From Candidatus Woesearchaeota archaeon (GTDB lineage Archaea > Nanobdellota > Nanobdellia > SCGC-AAA011-G17 > PNOQ01), in the NCBI GenBank assembly GCA_043812195.1, contig JBDRML010000015.1, positions 1 to 43,257 on the forward strand: 43,257 nucleotides of DNA, given 5' to 3'. Position 1 is the first letter of the stretch. Every line of letters begins with the position of its first letter. Below, piece after piece: positions 18,312 through 27,112 of this stretch. The position numbers and the translations under genes were made by a program. The notes beneath the pieces are model-generated. The model had not been told where the DNA came from. It searched no databases and saw nothing but the letters and a program-made list of their open reading frames with translations.

Positions 18312-18938
18312 TTAATTTCCTGTAATCTTAAGTTCATTTTTATGAAAAAATGTTGGGGTTGATTCTTTTTTCCCAATGTTTATTTTGTACCCGTAAACAG
18401 TAATTTCCCCATTAAATTTATTTTCTCCATTAACTTTTCCATTTACTCTAATTTTTTTAATCCCTTTTAAAGATTTTACAACGTTTAATTTATAATCAAA
18501 ATTTTGTTTACTACCAAAATTTCCAGTAACAAAAGAAATTGTACTAATTGATTGCCCTATCCAAGCTGGAAGTGTAATTAGGTAAGATTCCCATTCTTTA
18601 ACAGTTGGTTCTAAGATTTTTACCCTTTTTAATTTTTTAATGTCAGATAAAACTCTTTTTAATTCATTAATCTTATCTTTATTCTCTTTTTTCCATTCTT
18701 TGTTTAATTCAGGAACTTCTCCAAGATGTTTTTCATAATTTATAACATTTTTTTTAATTATGCTTTTTTTATCTTCATTTAATCTTTTAAAATCTAACCC
18801 TTCCTCATTCATATATTTTTTTAAAAAATTATCTCCATCTGGTTTAATTAAATTTCGCATACATTGATTACATACTTTTTTTCTCTGTATACGAGTAAAA
18901 AAACCTAATTTCTTTTTACAATGTTCACAAACTTCCAT
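18312..18938 (-). CDS. Protein with N-terminal Zn ribbon; first gene of the leftward cargo operon
   Basis: CEHCKKKLGFF...VCNQC; TATA-like sequence about 30 nt upstream. Confidence 0.6.
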   Translation of the reverse strand: MEVCEHCKKKLGFFTRIQRKKVCNQCMRNLIKPDGDNFLKKYMNEEGLDFKRLNEDKKSIIKKNVINYEKHLGEVPELNKEWKKENKDKINELKRVLSDIKKLKRVKILEPTVKEWESYLITLPAWIGQSISTISFVTGNFGSKQNFDYKLNVVKSLKGIKKIRVNGKVNGENKFNGEITVYGYKINIGKKESTPTFFHKNELKITGN

Positions 18939-19068
18939 TTTTAGCCACTAATAGTACTAACAGAAATATTTATATATTTAATGAATTCCCTTATTATAAC
19001 AGAATTAATTCAAGGACAACGAATTATTATGTTAGTCTCTCCTGAGGCTTATATAAATAGTGAACATT

Positions 19069-19174
19069 TAACCCTAAATTCATTAGAATTTATACGTTCT
19101 GAGAAACCCCATCCAATAATGTAGATTAAACAATGAAATATTCTAATCTATAATCAAAAGAAAAGCTTTTTATA
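19069..19174 (+). repeat. About 106-bp non-coding direct repeat, copy 2
   Basis: Homologous to 11153..11259; identical core at 19087..19107. Confidence 0.8.
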
Positions 19175-19181
19175 CCTCAAA

Positions 19182-19574
19182 ATGGGCTTAAAATTAGTAA
19201 AAATGGCTAAAAAAACACTAAAAATAGTAGTAATTATGGTTTTAGTAGTTTTAGCTATGTCCATATTTATTATAAATTTCACAGAGGAAAAAGGAAACCT
19301 AAAAGTTATACAAGAAGATAAAATGGAAGAAAAAATTATAGCAGGAGATAGAGTCCCTATAACTATAGGAAAAGGTAATACTGACAAAGGCCGTGTAGAA
19401 CCAACATCGGAAGAAGATAGAATTAAAGAACTATTAGAATCTATGGGCTATCAAACTGAATTACCTAGCATACCTAATAATTATGAAAATTCAATTACAA
19501 ATAATGAAGAAGACAATACTTTTGAATTTGATATAGAATATTGGAAAAAAAGATTATTAGAAGTAGATATATAA
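19182..19574 (+). CDS. Hypothetical protein (start uncertain: 19182, 19203 or 19257)
   Basis: ORF downstream of the repeat-borne promoter; MSIFIINFTEEKG segment is duplicated at 20042. Confidence 0.5.
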   Translation: MGLKLVKMAKKTLKIVVIMVLVVLAMSIFIINFTEEKGNLKVIQEDKMEEKIIAGDRVPITIGKGNTDKGRVEPTSEEDRIKELLESMGYQTELPSIPNNYENSITNNEEDNTFEFDIEYWKKRLLEVDI

Positions 19575-19664
19575 AAAGAGGAGAAAAATGACAAATATAG
19601 ATGATATAATAGAAAGTACATGTATTGGAGTACTAACAGACTTTTTATGAGATTTTGAGCCAAA

Positions 19665-20000
19665 TTATATATTTCGTTTTAGATATTCTTTGACCGGGGC
19701 AGCAACTGTTTTTTCATTGATATTTTTGGTTATACAATATTTAGTTCTAAACCAATCTGATAGCTTCTTTATACCTCTACTTGAATTACAGCTACCACAA
19801 CAAATAGTTATATCTTGTATTTTCATTCCATCTTTCCAGTAAAATGGTCCGTCAAATTTCAAATGTTCAATAGTTGCAGAATCTTTTTGGTTGTCTCTAG
19901 TGTAGGGGTCAATCATTGTTTTATGACAATATACACATTTCTTATCTCTTGCACGGATTTTTAGCAATTCTTGATCAGGGATTCCAAAATTATTACTCAT
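19665..20000 (-). CDS. HNH endonuclease
   Basis: RARDKKCVYC...ATIEHL...ICCGSCNSSRG. Confidence 0.8.
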   Translation of the reverse strand: MSNNFGIPDQELLKIRARDKKCVYCHKTMIDPYTRDNQKDSATIEHLKFDGPFYWKDGMKIQDITICCGSCNSSRGIKKLSDWFRTKYCITKNINEKTVAAPVKEYLKRNI

Positions 20001-20041
20001 ACAATTTTATTATTGTATGAGATTTATAAATCTTCTTATCT

Positions 20042-20200
20042 ATGTCAATATTTATTATAAATTTTACAGAGGAAAAAGGAGAATTAAAAGTTTTATATGA
20101 AGAAGAAAAGAAGAAGAAAAGAAAATTAACAGGAGTAACCCCTAGATTTTCAAGAACTCAAGACTTTAGTAAGCAAGTATCACAAATGTTAGGTATATAA
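20042..20200 (+). CDS. Short paralog or fragment of the 19182 ORF (52 aa; not in ORF track)
   Basis: MSIFIINFTEEKGELKV...; DNA 20040..20080 is near-identical to 19255..19295. Confidence 0.4.
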   Translation: MSIFIINFTEEKGELKVLYEEEKKKKRKLTGVTPRFSRTQDFSKQVSQMLGI

Positions 20201-20215
20201 TCATTTACTCTGTGT

Positions 20216-20245
20216 GGTAGTGGAGTTTTAGTATTCTCCACTACC
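20216..20245. terminator. GC-rich hairpin between convergent ORFs (possible terminator or binding site)
   Basis: Perfect 10-bp stem GGTAGTGGAG / CTCCACTACC with 10-nt loop. Confidence 0.5.
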
Positions 20246-20487
20246 TAGATAAAAACACTAAGAACTAATTGTTTCTCTTTGGAAAGTTCTTCACCATTTA
20301 TTTTATAATACCCCTTATACTCAAAATTAGATTCATCATACTTAAAAAAACAATCATCACTTTTTTTTCTATACACCATTTTACATATTTTACATCTGTA
20401 TATTCCTCTATCAAAAACAGAATCCCATTCTGCGAATACATTTCTACCTTTACAACATTCTATATTAGGATTTGAATCAAACTTCAT
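20245..20487 (-). CDS. Small Cys-rich hypothetical protein
   Basis: ECC...YRCKIC; TATA-like sequence about 25 nt upstream. Confidence 0.5.
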   Translation of the reverse strand: MKFDSNPNIECCKGRNVFAEWDSVFDRGIYRCKICKMVYRKKSDDCFFKYDESNFEYKGYYKINGEELSKEKQLVLSVFI

Positions 20488-20675
20488 AGAAGTGAAATCA
20501 GGCTCTAATTTTTAAAATTATTGCTGACTAAACACTATTGTTTTGTTTGTATAGCAAAATGGAACGATTTATATATTTAATTATTTATCATTCTTATTAA
20601 CAAATAATTTAATGGAGGCATAAAACTATAGTATATTAGTTAATAAAAATGAAAGTTTTTATTTAAAACTTTCTC

Positions 20676-21059
20676 TTAACCAAGCCTATCTAACTTAGCT
20701 TTTATTTGATCTATTTCTCTATCCAAGTCACTTTTAGCCTTAACAACATGTTTTCTCTGAGCAACAATGGCTTTGCTTTTTCTAACAGTATTCACATCAT
20801 CACCAACATGTGGAAAATGTCTTCTAAAAGCCATTTCTTCTCTGTGTATTCTTCCCATAATTAATTTAAGTTTCTTAACATAAAGCATCTTCTTTTCTTT
20901 AATTCTCTTATAACTTTCCCACCTTTTCAATAAAGTAGTTGCCACCACAGCAGCTTCAAGAATATTCTTTCTAGTAACACTAGGAGTATCTATTTTTACA
21001 AATTGTATATTATCTTCTCTATGCCCAGTCAATTTAACCCTCGAATAGCTTTTTATCAA
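20676..21059 (-). CDS. Hypothetical helical protein (host)
   Basis: Coupled to the upstream ORF; coiled-coil C-terminus. Confidence 0.55.
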   Translation of the reverse strand: MIKSYSRVKLTGHREDNIQFVKIDTPSVTRKNILEAAVVATTLLKRWESYKRIKEKKMLYVKKLKLIMGRIHREEMAFRRHFPHVGDDVNTVRKSKAIVAQRKHVVKAKSDLDREIDQIKAKLDRLG

Positions 21060-21594
21060 CCATTAATAATCTATCTTTAATCTTACCTATGTCATCTCTC
21101 CACTTTTCAAGCTCTCTATTCTCCTCTTCTCTTAACCGATTAATTTCATTTAAGAGAGAATCAGCGTTTTTGCATAGTTCTTTAATGATTTCTAAATTAT
21201 CAAGTGCATCTCTATATTTATCTATTTTAATAAATACAGGTTTACCACCAATTGCCCTTGCTGGCATAGGTCTAGAAGGGGGCATAGATTGAGGTCCCAT
21301 ACTACCACCACTCATAACAGGCATTCTAATCCCCATAGGTGTCATTTGTGGCTTTCTAAGAGGAATATCACTATTAATACCCATCACTTTAGGAGTTCCA
21401 CCAACTTCGGCCTTTATAGAACCAATTTCACTCTCATAACTAGGAAAATTACTCTTTTTTTGCCCATAACTAGGTAATTCAGGCAAATTAGGCATTAATT
21501 TATCAAGACTTTGATTATCAAAATCATCAGAAACAGCCCTTTCCTCTTTTTTATCCTTTTTTTTGTCAAATAAGCCCATATATAACACCTCCAA
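21034..21594 (-). CDS. Hypothetical protein with Pro-rich region and C-terminal coiled coil (host)
   Basis: MGLF start likely; KPVFIKIDKY...coiled coil...VDKKLF. Confidence 0.65.
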   Translation of the reverse strand: MEVLYMGLFDKKKDKKEERAVSDDFDNQSLDKLMPNLPELPSYGQKKSNFPSYESEIGSIKAEVGGTPKVMGINSDIPLRKPQMTPMGIRMPVMSGGSMGPQSMPPSRPMPARAIGGKPVFIKIDKYRDALDNLEIIKELCKNADSLLNEINRLREEENRELEKWRDDIGKIKDRLLMVDKKLFEG

Positions 21595-21735
21595 TAAGTA
21601 AGTATAATCTAAACTAAAACTAATAAAAAGCTTTCCTTATTATTATACTGTAGTAACTCCAAAAAATTTAAAAGAATATCCCTAAAAAACAAAGCTTTTT
21701 AAACCACCAAAATAAGGAGTTATAGGGGAAATTAA

Positions 21736-22254
21736 ATGAAATTAAATCAAAACAAGGTAGATGAACTTATCTTAAATAGGATAGGTGAAGACGTAGTTGA
21801 TATAGTCAGATTTCTCATAAAAAAAGGAGAAAACATCTCAGAATTCATAATTGCTGAAAAACTAGATATCCCAATTAATCAAATAAGAAACATGCTTTAT
21901 AGGTTACAACAACAAAATCTTGTTACTTTCATGAGAAAAAAAGATAAGAAAAAAGGTTGGTATATCTATTACTGGACATTTAATGATAGTCAAGCAGTGT
22001 TACTAGAAAAATCTCTAAAAACAGAGAAAATAGATTCATTAAAACAAAGATTAGGAAAAGAAGAAACAGAAGAATTTTTTGTTTGTCCAAAAAAATGTAT
22101 AAGATTAACATTAATGAGAGCATTAGAAGGAAATTTCAAATGTCCTGAATGTGATAGAATTTTAAAACAAGCTAATAACAAAAAAGTAATAAAAGAAATA
22201 AGAAGAGAGCTTGAAGAATTAGAAGGCGCACAAGAAGCAATTGCAGCTGCTTAA
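21736..22254 (+). CDS. tfe: Transcription factor E alpha
   Basis: Winged helix with IRNMLYRL...KKGWYIYYW; Zn ribbon FVCPKKC...FKCPECD. Confidence 0.9.
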   Translation: MKLNQNKVDELILNRIGEDVVDIVRFLIKKGENISEFIIAEKLDIPINQIRNMLYRLQQQNLVTFMRKKDKKKGWYIYYWTFNDSQAVLLEKSLKTEKIDSLKQRLGKEETEEFFVCPKKCIRLTLMRALEGNFKCPECDRILKQANNKKVIKEIRRELEELEGAQEAIAAA

Positions 22255-22263
22255 TTAAATAAA

Positions 22264-22770
22264 ATGTTTAAAAAATTATTACCATTAACATTAGTAGCTT
22301 TAGTAGGATTAGCACCAAACGTAGCTGCAAAGATTGATGCTAGAGCCAAAGCAGGAATTGGAACATCATCAGATTCCAATAATTCATTTCATGCATACAT
22401 TGGTGCAACATTTTCTCAAAAACTAGGAAAAGGGGTATCAATTGGGTTAGATATGGGTGCTCTATTAGAAAATACTAACTCTGAAACAAGCTATGGTGCA
22501 AAATTGGAAGAAGAGTTTAAAAATTATTCGTTAGGAATAACTTCCGGATTATCAAAAATTAGGTTAAGTAAAACGCTACACATTTCAGATTCCAAAATAA
22601 GTGAGCCAATTCCTGAAAATACATACTTTATTAATGCAGAGATAGGTAGAAAAATATCAGAAAAAGCTAGGATAAAAGCCGTATATCAAAAAAATTTTGT
22701 AAGTGAAGAGATTTCTAATAATAATTATCCATTACACAGAGTTTCTTTAGGATTAGAAACTTTATTTTAA
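22264..22770 (+). CDS. Secreted protein resembling an 8-stranded OmpA-like beta-barrel
   Basis: Signal peptide; eight amphipathic strands; C-terminal VSLGLETLF. Confidence 0.5.
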   Translation: MFKKLLPLTLVALVGLAPNVAAKIDARAKAGIGTSSDSNNSFHAYIGATFSQKLGKGVSIGLDMGALLENTNSETSYGAKLEEEFKNYSLGITSGLSKIRLSKTLHISDSKISEPIPENTYFINAEIGRKISEKARIKAVYQKNFVSEEISNNNYPLHRVSLGLETLF

Positions 22771-22780
22771 TAAAATCTAT

Positions 22781-24040
22781 CTATCTTTCTAAACAATTTG
22801 CTTCTCTCTCCATCCAATCCCAGTTAGAGGTATAATACTCAAGTCCACCAAAACTACCAGTACTAATCCCATGAATTAAATAAGGCATATTTCTCCCCAA
22901 CAAATTACCTTTAATATTTTCAAGCCCATATAATTTTATTCCAAAAATAGAAGGGTTATAATTTGGTCCTATTGAACTACCTATGCTAAATTGATTTTTT
23001 GATTGTAAATTATGGATAAATTCATGCCTAAAAGTAGCCATGATATTTTTTCTACTTCCCATAAATTCTTTATAATCTAAATAACTTATAGCTCCACCAT
23101 AAAAACCAGATTCTCCAGCATAAAATCCGCTCTTTGTAGAAGAAGATTTACCAAAAGATTTTCTAGTGAATATCGGAACCCCCGTTTCTAAAGAACTACT
23201 TAAATCAAACTTATTACCTTCTTCCCCAGCAAAACTTATCAAATCAAATGTCCTTGCTAAATTAAGCCCAGGTTCAAACCCTTCTTTACTAAAAGATAAA
23301 GTAAACATTAAATAATCAAGTTGTATTTCAGTAAGGGGATTTTTATTTTGAATTACATTAGATCTAATCGAACTTAAAAAATTCTCTGCTAATCCAGCAA
23401 ATAAAAAATCAGAATTAGAACTCGCACCTTTCCCCACATTTCTTTTAATCTCGAAAGATCCTAAACCTGTCAAACTACCATAGAAAGTGTTTTTTAAAAT
23501 ATCTTTAGCTGAATCTCCTCTATAAATTCCAGCAAATAGAGGAAATGCAGCAGAAATACCAATGTTCCATGTTCTTAGATTGCCTTCACTTGGTTCTTCT
23601 CTCCAATTTCCACTAGGATCCACATACTTCAAAGGATTATTATTAACATAAGCATAAGGACTTACACCAGAAGAATACATAGGATCTAAAGAAATAAATC
23701 TAGCTATTGAAGGATCATAATATCTAGCTCCATAATAATATAAATCTTCATCTTCTTCCTGTCCAGTAAACTTATAATTATTTTCCAATCCTTCTTTATT
23801 TCCTTCTTCACTAAAATCCTCACCAAAAGGATACTGAACATTCTTACTAATTATTTCACCATCTTCATCACTAACTATTTTATTGCTTCCTAAGAAATCC
23901 TGAGAATAATAAGTAACATCTTCACCTTCTTTACTAGCAATTAACCCATCACCACCATAAATATAGATTTTTTCATTACTAGCAAAAGAAATTGGCATAA
24001 AACAAACTAACAATATTAAAATCATCAGCAATTTTTTCAT
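22781..24040 (-). CDS. Secreted RHS repeat-associated core protein with C-terminal HExxH domain
   Basis: Signal peptide; YKFTGQE, LYYYGARYYDPSIARFISLDP, YAYVNNNPLKYVDPSGN; C-terminal FRHEFIHNLQ...WMEREA. Confidence 0.85.
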   Translation of the reverse strand: MKKLLMILILLVCFMPISFASNEKIYIYGGDGLIASKEGEDVTYYSQDFLGSNKIVSDEDGEIISKNVQYPFGEDFSEEGNKEGLENNYKFTGQEEDEDLYYYGARYYDPSIARFISLDPMYSSGVSPYAYVNNNPLKYVDPSGNWREEPSEGNLRTWNIGISAAFPLFAGIYRGDSAKDILKNTFYGSLTGLGSFEIKRNVGKGASSNSDFLFAGLAENFLSSIRSNVIQNKNPLTEIQLDYLMFTLSFSKEGFEPGLNLARTFDLISFAGEEGNKFDLSSSLETGVPIFTRKSFGKSSSTKSGFYAGESGFYGGAISYLDYKEFMGSRKNIMATFRHEFIHNLQSKNQFSIGSSIGPNYNPSIFGIKLYGLENIKGNLLGRNMPYLIHGISTGSFGGLEYYTSNWDWMEREANCLER

Positions 24041-24072
24041 GTAATAAATAAAGAACTAAGGTTTATATAAAT

Positions 24073-24645
24073 TTATCCACCAGGAGGACCAAATAAAACC
24101 TTAGCACCATCTAAAGGTCCAAATGGAATCATATTAAATATAAATAATATCAAATTAATCATTCTTGTCATCTTCCAACCAGATTTTTGAGTTCTGTTTA
24201 AATTATGACGAGTCTTTAATACTATAGTTGCAGCTAACCATAAAAGTGCATTAATTACAGGACCAGCCAATGCAATCAACCTATAAGCAGTCGGATTAGC
24301 AAATGCAGCAGTTCCTATTTCTACAAATCCAGGAGCAACTAAAATAAATGGAGATCCAACTAATTTTAAAATAACACCAATAGCCAATCCTAATGGAAAT
24401 AATTGAAATGTAGCATCAAAACCAAAACCCATAGCTACAAATTTATGAGCCAATTCATGTAAAACAATAGCAGGAGCAGTAATTAAAACAGCAAATCCTA
24501 AATCTCTCCAATAAAACTTTTTTCTTTTTTTACCCATTTCATAAACAGTTTTCGCCCTATATGTAAATGCACCACTAAATATATATCCAATTATTAAACT
24601 CAAAATTACAAAATACAAAATTTCAGTGAATGTTATTAAAGCCAT
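24073..24645 (-). CDS. Site-2 (M50) intramembrane metalloprotease
   Basis: LHELAHK, IALAGPVIN, FNMIPFGPLDG. Confidence 0.9.
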   Translation of the reverse strand: MALITFTEILYFVILSLIIGYIFSGAFTYRAKTVYEMGKKRKKFYWRDLGFAVLITAPAIVLHELAHKFVAMGFGFDATFQLFPLGLAIGVILKLVGSPFILVAPGFVEIGTAAFANPTAYRLIALAGPVINALLWLAATIVLKTRHNLNRTQKSGWKMTRMINLILFIFNMIPFGPLDGAKVLFGPPGG

Positions 24646-25826
24646 TTGATCAATCTTTCTTGTGTTTTAATTCTATTCAAAAGCTTACTATTCTTTAAAA
24701 TACTTTCTATATCAATTCCAAATTTCTTTTTCAAAACAGCCTTTCCATAATTCAATAATAGTTCCTTATCGCTAAAGATTAAAGGTCTGCTAGCTAGAGA
24801 TTTTTTAGCAGCCTCACGACAAGTCCAAACACCTAAAGGAAATTCATCTTCTTCAGTTATAATCCTAATTACAATAACACCAGCTTGATTTCTCATCTGA
24901 AATAATTTTTCAACTATCGGCAATCTAGCAGCATAGTAAGCTCCCGCCGTCTCATCAACATATTTTTTTCTTCCATCAAAATCCTCAAAATCAGTAGCAT
25001 AAAATTTTCCAGTCTTACTCCATGGGTTACTTTTCAAAGGAGATTCCATCTCAAACAATTCAAAACCCCAAACATCCTTAAACATCATAATCAAATAATG
25101 ATTTCCCATATAGCCTCCAAAAAAAGCACTAGGTTCAACCTCATCAAAATGTCTAATTTCATTAAGAAATTTCTTAGTAATAGAATCATCCGTAGCCGTA
25201 ATACTCCATCTTGTGGGCACTAATTTTCTATTTTTCTTCAGACCAAACAAACCAATAGACAAAGCCTTAGACAAAAAATTTTCACTAACACCTTTATTAT
25301 ATAAACTAAACAAAGCATCTACAGATTTTAAATCATTATCAGAAACAACTTTATCAACCTTAGTTTCAATTTTAGGATTACTAGTTAATTTTATCCTATT
25401 AACAGTCGCACTATTATTTATAGGACTAGTAATATAATTCATCATCAAAGTTTTCGAAGGTTTATTTTTTAAATTTACTTCCATATCAACCGGCTTATAA
25501 GCCATTCCGACTTCTTGAGCAACATCTAACAATTTTCCTTTAAAACTTTTGATCCCACTCTTGAATCTGGAATTAATCAAATTACTTCTTAATCTCAATA
25601 CGTCTCTAGCACTTAAATTTCTATAAGCCCATTCTTCCGGAGCATCATATAACCAAGACCTTTCATCAATTTTAACAGGACTCATAACACCAACATTAAC
25701 ATTAGGATATCCGAATCTACCAACAAACACAGTTGGAGGACTATTTCCACAAAAATCAGTACCTTCCAAATTAATACTCTCTACATTAAACTTTACAATA
25801 TCCCTGCTAGAATAACCTACCCCCAT
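24636..25826 (-). CDS. nreA: Nre-family DNA repair protein
   Basis: SPPTVFVGRFGYPNVNVG, LVPTRWSITATD, GAYYAARL, PLGVW; C-terminal PIP-like QERLIKWL. Confidence 0.88.
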   Translation of the reverse strand: MGVGYSSRDIVKFNVESINLEGTDFCGNSPPTVFVGRFGYPNVNVGVMSPVKIDERSWLYDAPEEWAYRNLSARDVLRLRSNLINSRFKSGIKSFKGKLLDVAQEVGMAYKPVDMEVNLKNKPSKTLMMNYITSPINNSATVNRIKLTSNPKIETKVDKVVSDNDLKSVDALFSLYNKGVSENFLSKALSIGLFGLKKNRKLVPTRWSITATDDSITKKFLNEIRHFDEVEPSAFFGGYMGNHYLIMMFKDVWGFELFEMESPLKSNPWSKTGKFYATDFEDFDGRKKYVDETAGAYYAARLPIVEKLFQMRNQAGVIVIRIITEEDEFPLGVWTCREAAKKSLASRPLIFSDKELLLNYGKAVLKKKFGIDIESILKNSKLLNRIKTQERLIKWL

Positions 25827-25881
25827 TTTAACTATAAAGGTAAACCAAATTTATATAAATATCTTTTTTAAAATATAATAC

Positions 25882-27051
25882 ATGTTCAATTTACATCCAC
25901 CCAATTTAAAATTTATATTTAGCAAAGAACTATCAGAAATATATATTTCAATCATGATAAGGGCACTTGCAGTATCTATGCTTGCTATCTTTATTCCAAT
26001 CTATTTTTTTAAAGATTTAAATTATTCAATTCAAAATATTCTTTATTTTTATATAATAGTATTTTTAACTATTGCAATATTTAGTCCACTAGCAGGAAAA
26101 TTAATATCAAGAATAGGATTCAAACATAACATATTATTAAGTACTTTCTTCTTCATCATCGCATTTCTATTACTTAATTTATTAAAAATTCAAAACAGCC
26201 AAGATCTGTTCTATTTTATACCAATTATATTTGGAATTGGAAACGCCTTGTATTGGAATTCATTTCATATAGATTTAGCAAAATACAGTAAAAAGGGATA
26301 TCGTGGAGAACAGATAGCAGCATGGCAAGTACTTGCAGGTATATCAGCTATAATAGGTCCATTAGTAGCGGGTTTAATTCTAAAATTCTATTCATTTAAT
26401 GTATTGTTTATAGTTGGAAGCTTCATCTTTCTCATATCAGTTATTCCATTATTCTTTTCAAAAGATCAACATATAAAATTTAAATTTTCATACAAATACA
26501 TCTTAAAAAAAGAACATTTTAAAGAAGGACTTACTTTTGCTGTAACAGGAATCAAGCAAGTAGTCTTAACTATTTTATGGCCTTTTTTCATTTATTTAAT
26601 AGTTCTTGATTATCTCAAATTTGGATCAGTAATGACTGCTATAAACATTTTAGCCTTAATAACTTATGGGACAATAGGAAAGTTATCAGACATCAAAAAA
26701 TCTGAAATACTACTTAAATTTGGCGCAATAATCCACTTAACTATATCTTTAGTTATGGGTTTTATAAAGACAATAATTCAAATAATCGGAGCATCTGTAT
26801 TTATAATATCTGGAATATATTTAACAGAATTAAATACAACAAAAAAAGCATATGAAACTGCCAAAAACTCCTCAAACCTAGCAGGCTATATGGTTTTTAG
26901 AGAAGTCGTATTAAATATAGGGAGAGCATTATTAACCCTAATTTTCTTGATTTTAGTAAGTATTCCATTATCAATACAAACATCTTTCATAATAATATTT
27001 ATTATCTCTGGTTTATCAGGATTAATCCACATAATCAGACCAAGAAAATGA
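25882..27051 (+). CDS. MFS transporter
   Basis: About 12 TM helices; motif A-like AGKLISRIGFK and IGKLSD. Confidence 0.85.
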   Translation: MFNLHPPNLKFIFSKELSEIYISIMIRALAVSMLAIFIPIYFFKDLNYSIQNILYFYIIVFLTIAIFSPLAGKLISRIGFKHNILLSTFFFIIAFLLLNLLKIQNSQDLFYFIPIIFGIGNALYWNSFHIDLAKYSKKGYRGEQIAAWQVLAGISAIIGPLVAGLILKFYSFNVLFIVGSFIFLISVIPLFFSKDQHIKFKFSYKYILKKEHFKEGLTFAVTGIKQVVLTILWPFFIYLIVLDYLKFGSVMTAINILALITYGTIGKLSDIKKSEILLKFGAIIHLTISLVMGFIKTIIQIIGASVFIISGIYLTELNTTKKAYETAKNSSNLAGYMVFREVVLNIGRALLTLIFLILVSIPLSIQTSFIIIFIISGLSGLIHIIRPRK

Positions 27052-27112
27052 AAAATCATCAAAACAAAAAATAAGCAACCTTTATAAATCATAAATTTTC
27101 ACAAAAACTAAC

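Larger units (their letters stand above)
3610..20650. mobile_element. Integrated plasmid- or satellite-like element (integrase + SF3 helicase + origin + membrane-protein cargo); boundaries approximate
   Basis: Integrase beside the alaS promoter, D5/P4 helicase, iteron cluster, many small ORFs, internal repeats and an HNH gene; host-type genes resume at 20676; no capsid or terminase recognised. Confidence 0.75.

Noticed and set aside
8300-19600. Integron cassette array
   Set aside because: Most genes overlap or are 0-8 nt apart, no attC-like hairpins were seen, and the integrase lacks an obvious IntI-specific insertion
19588-19650. 20-codon ORF after a GAGGAG ribosome-binding site
   Set aside because: Too short to support; possibly a truncated gene next to the HNH
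3639-20639. 11-bp inverted match CTAATATACTA (3639-3649) / TAGTATATTAG (20629-20639) as terminal inverted repeats
   Set aside because: Short and AT-rich, so plausibly chance; needs an empty-site comparison
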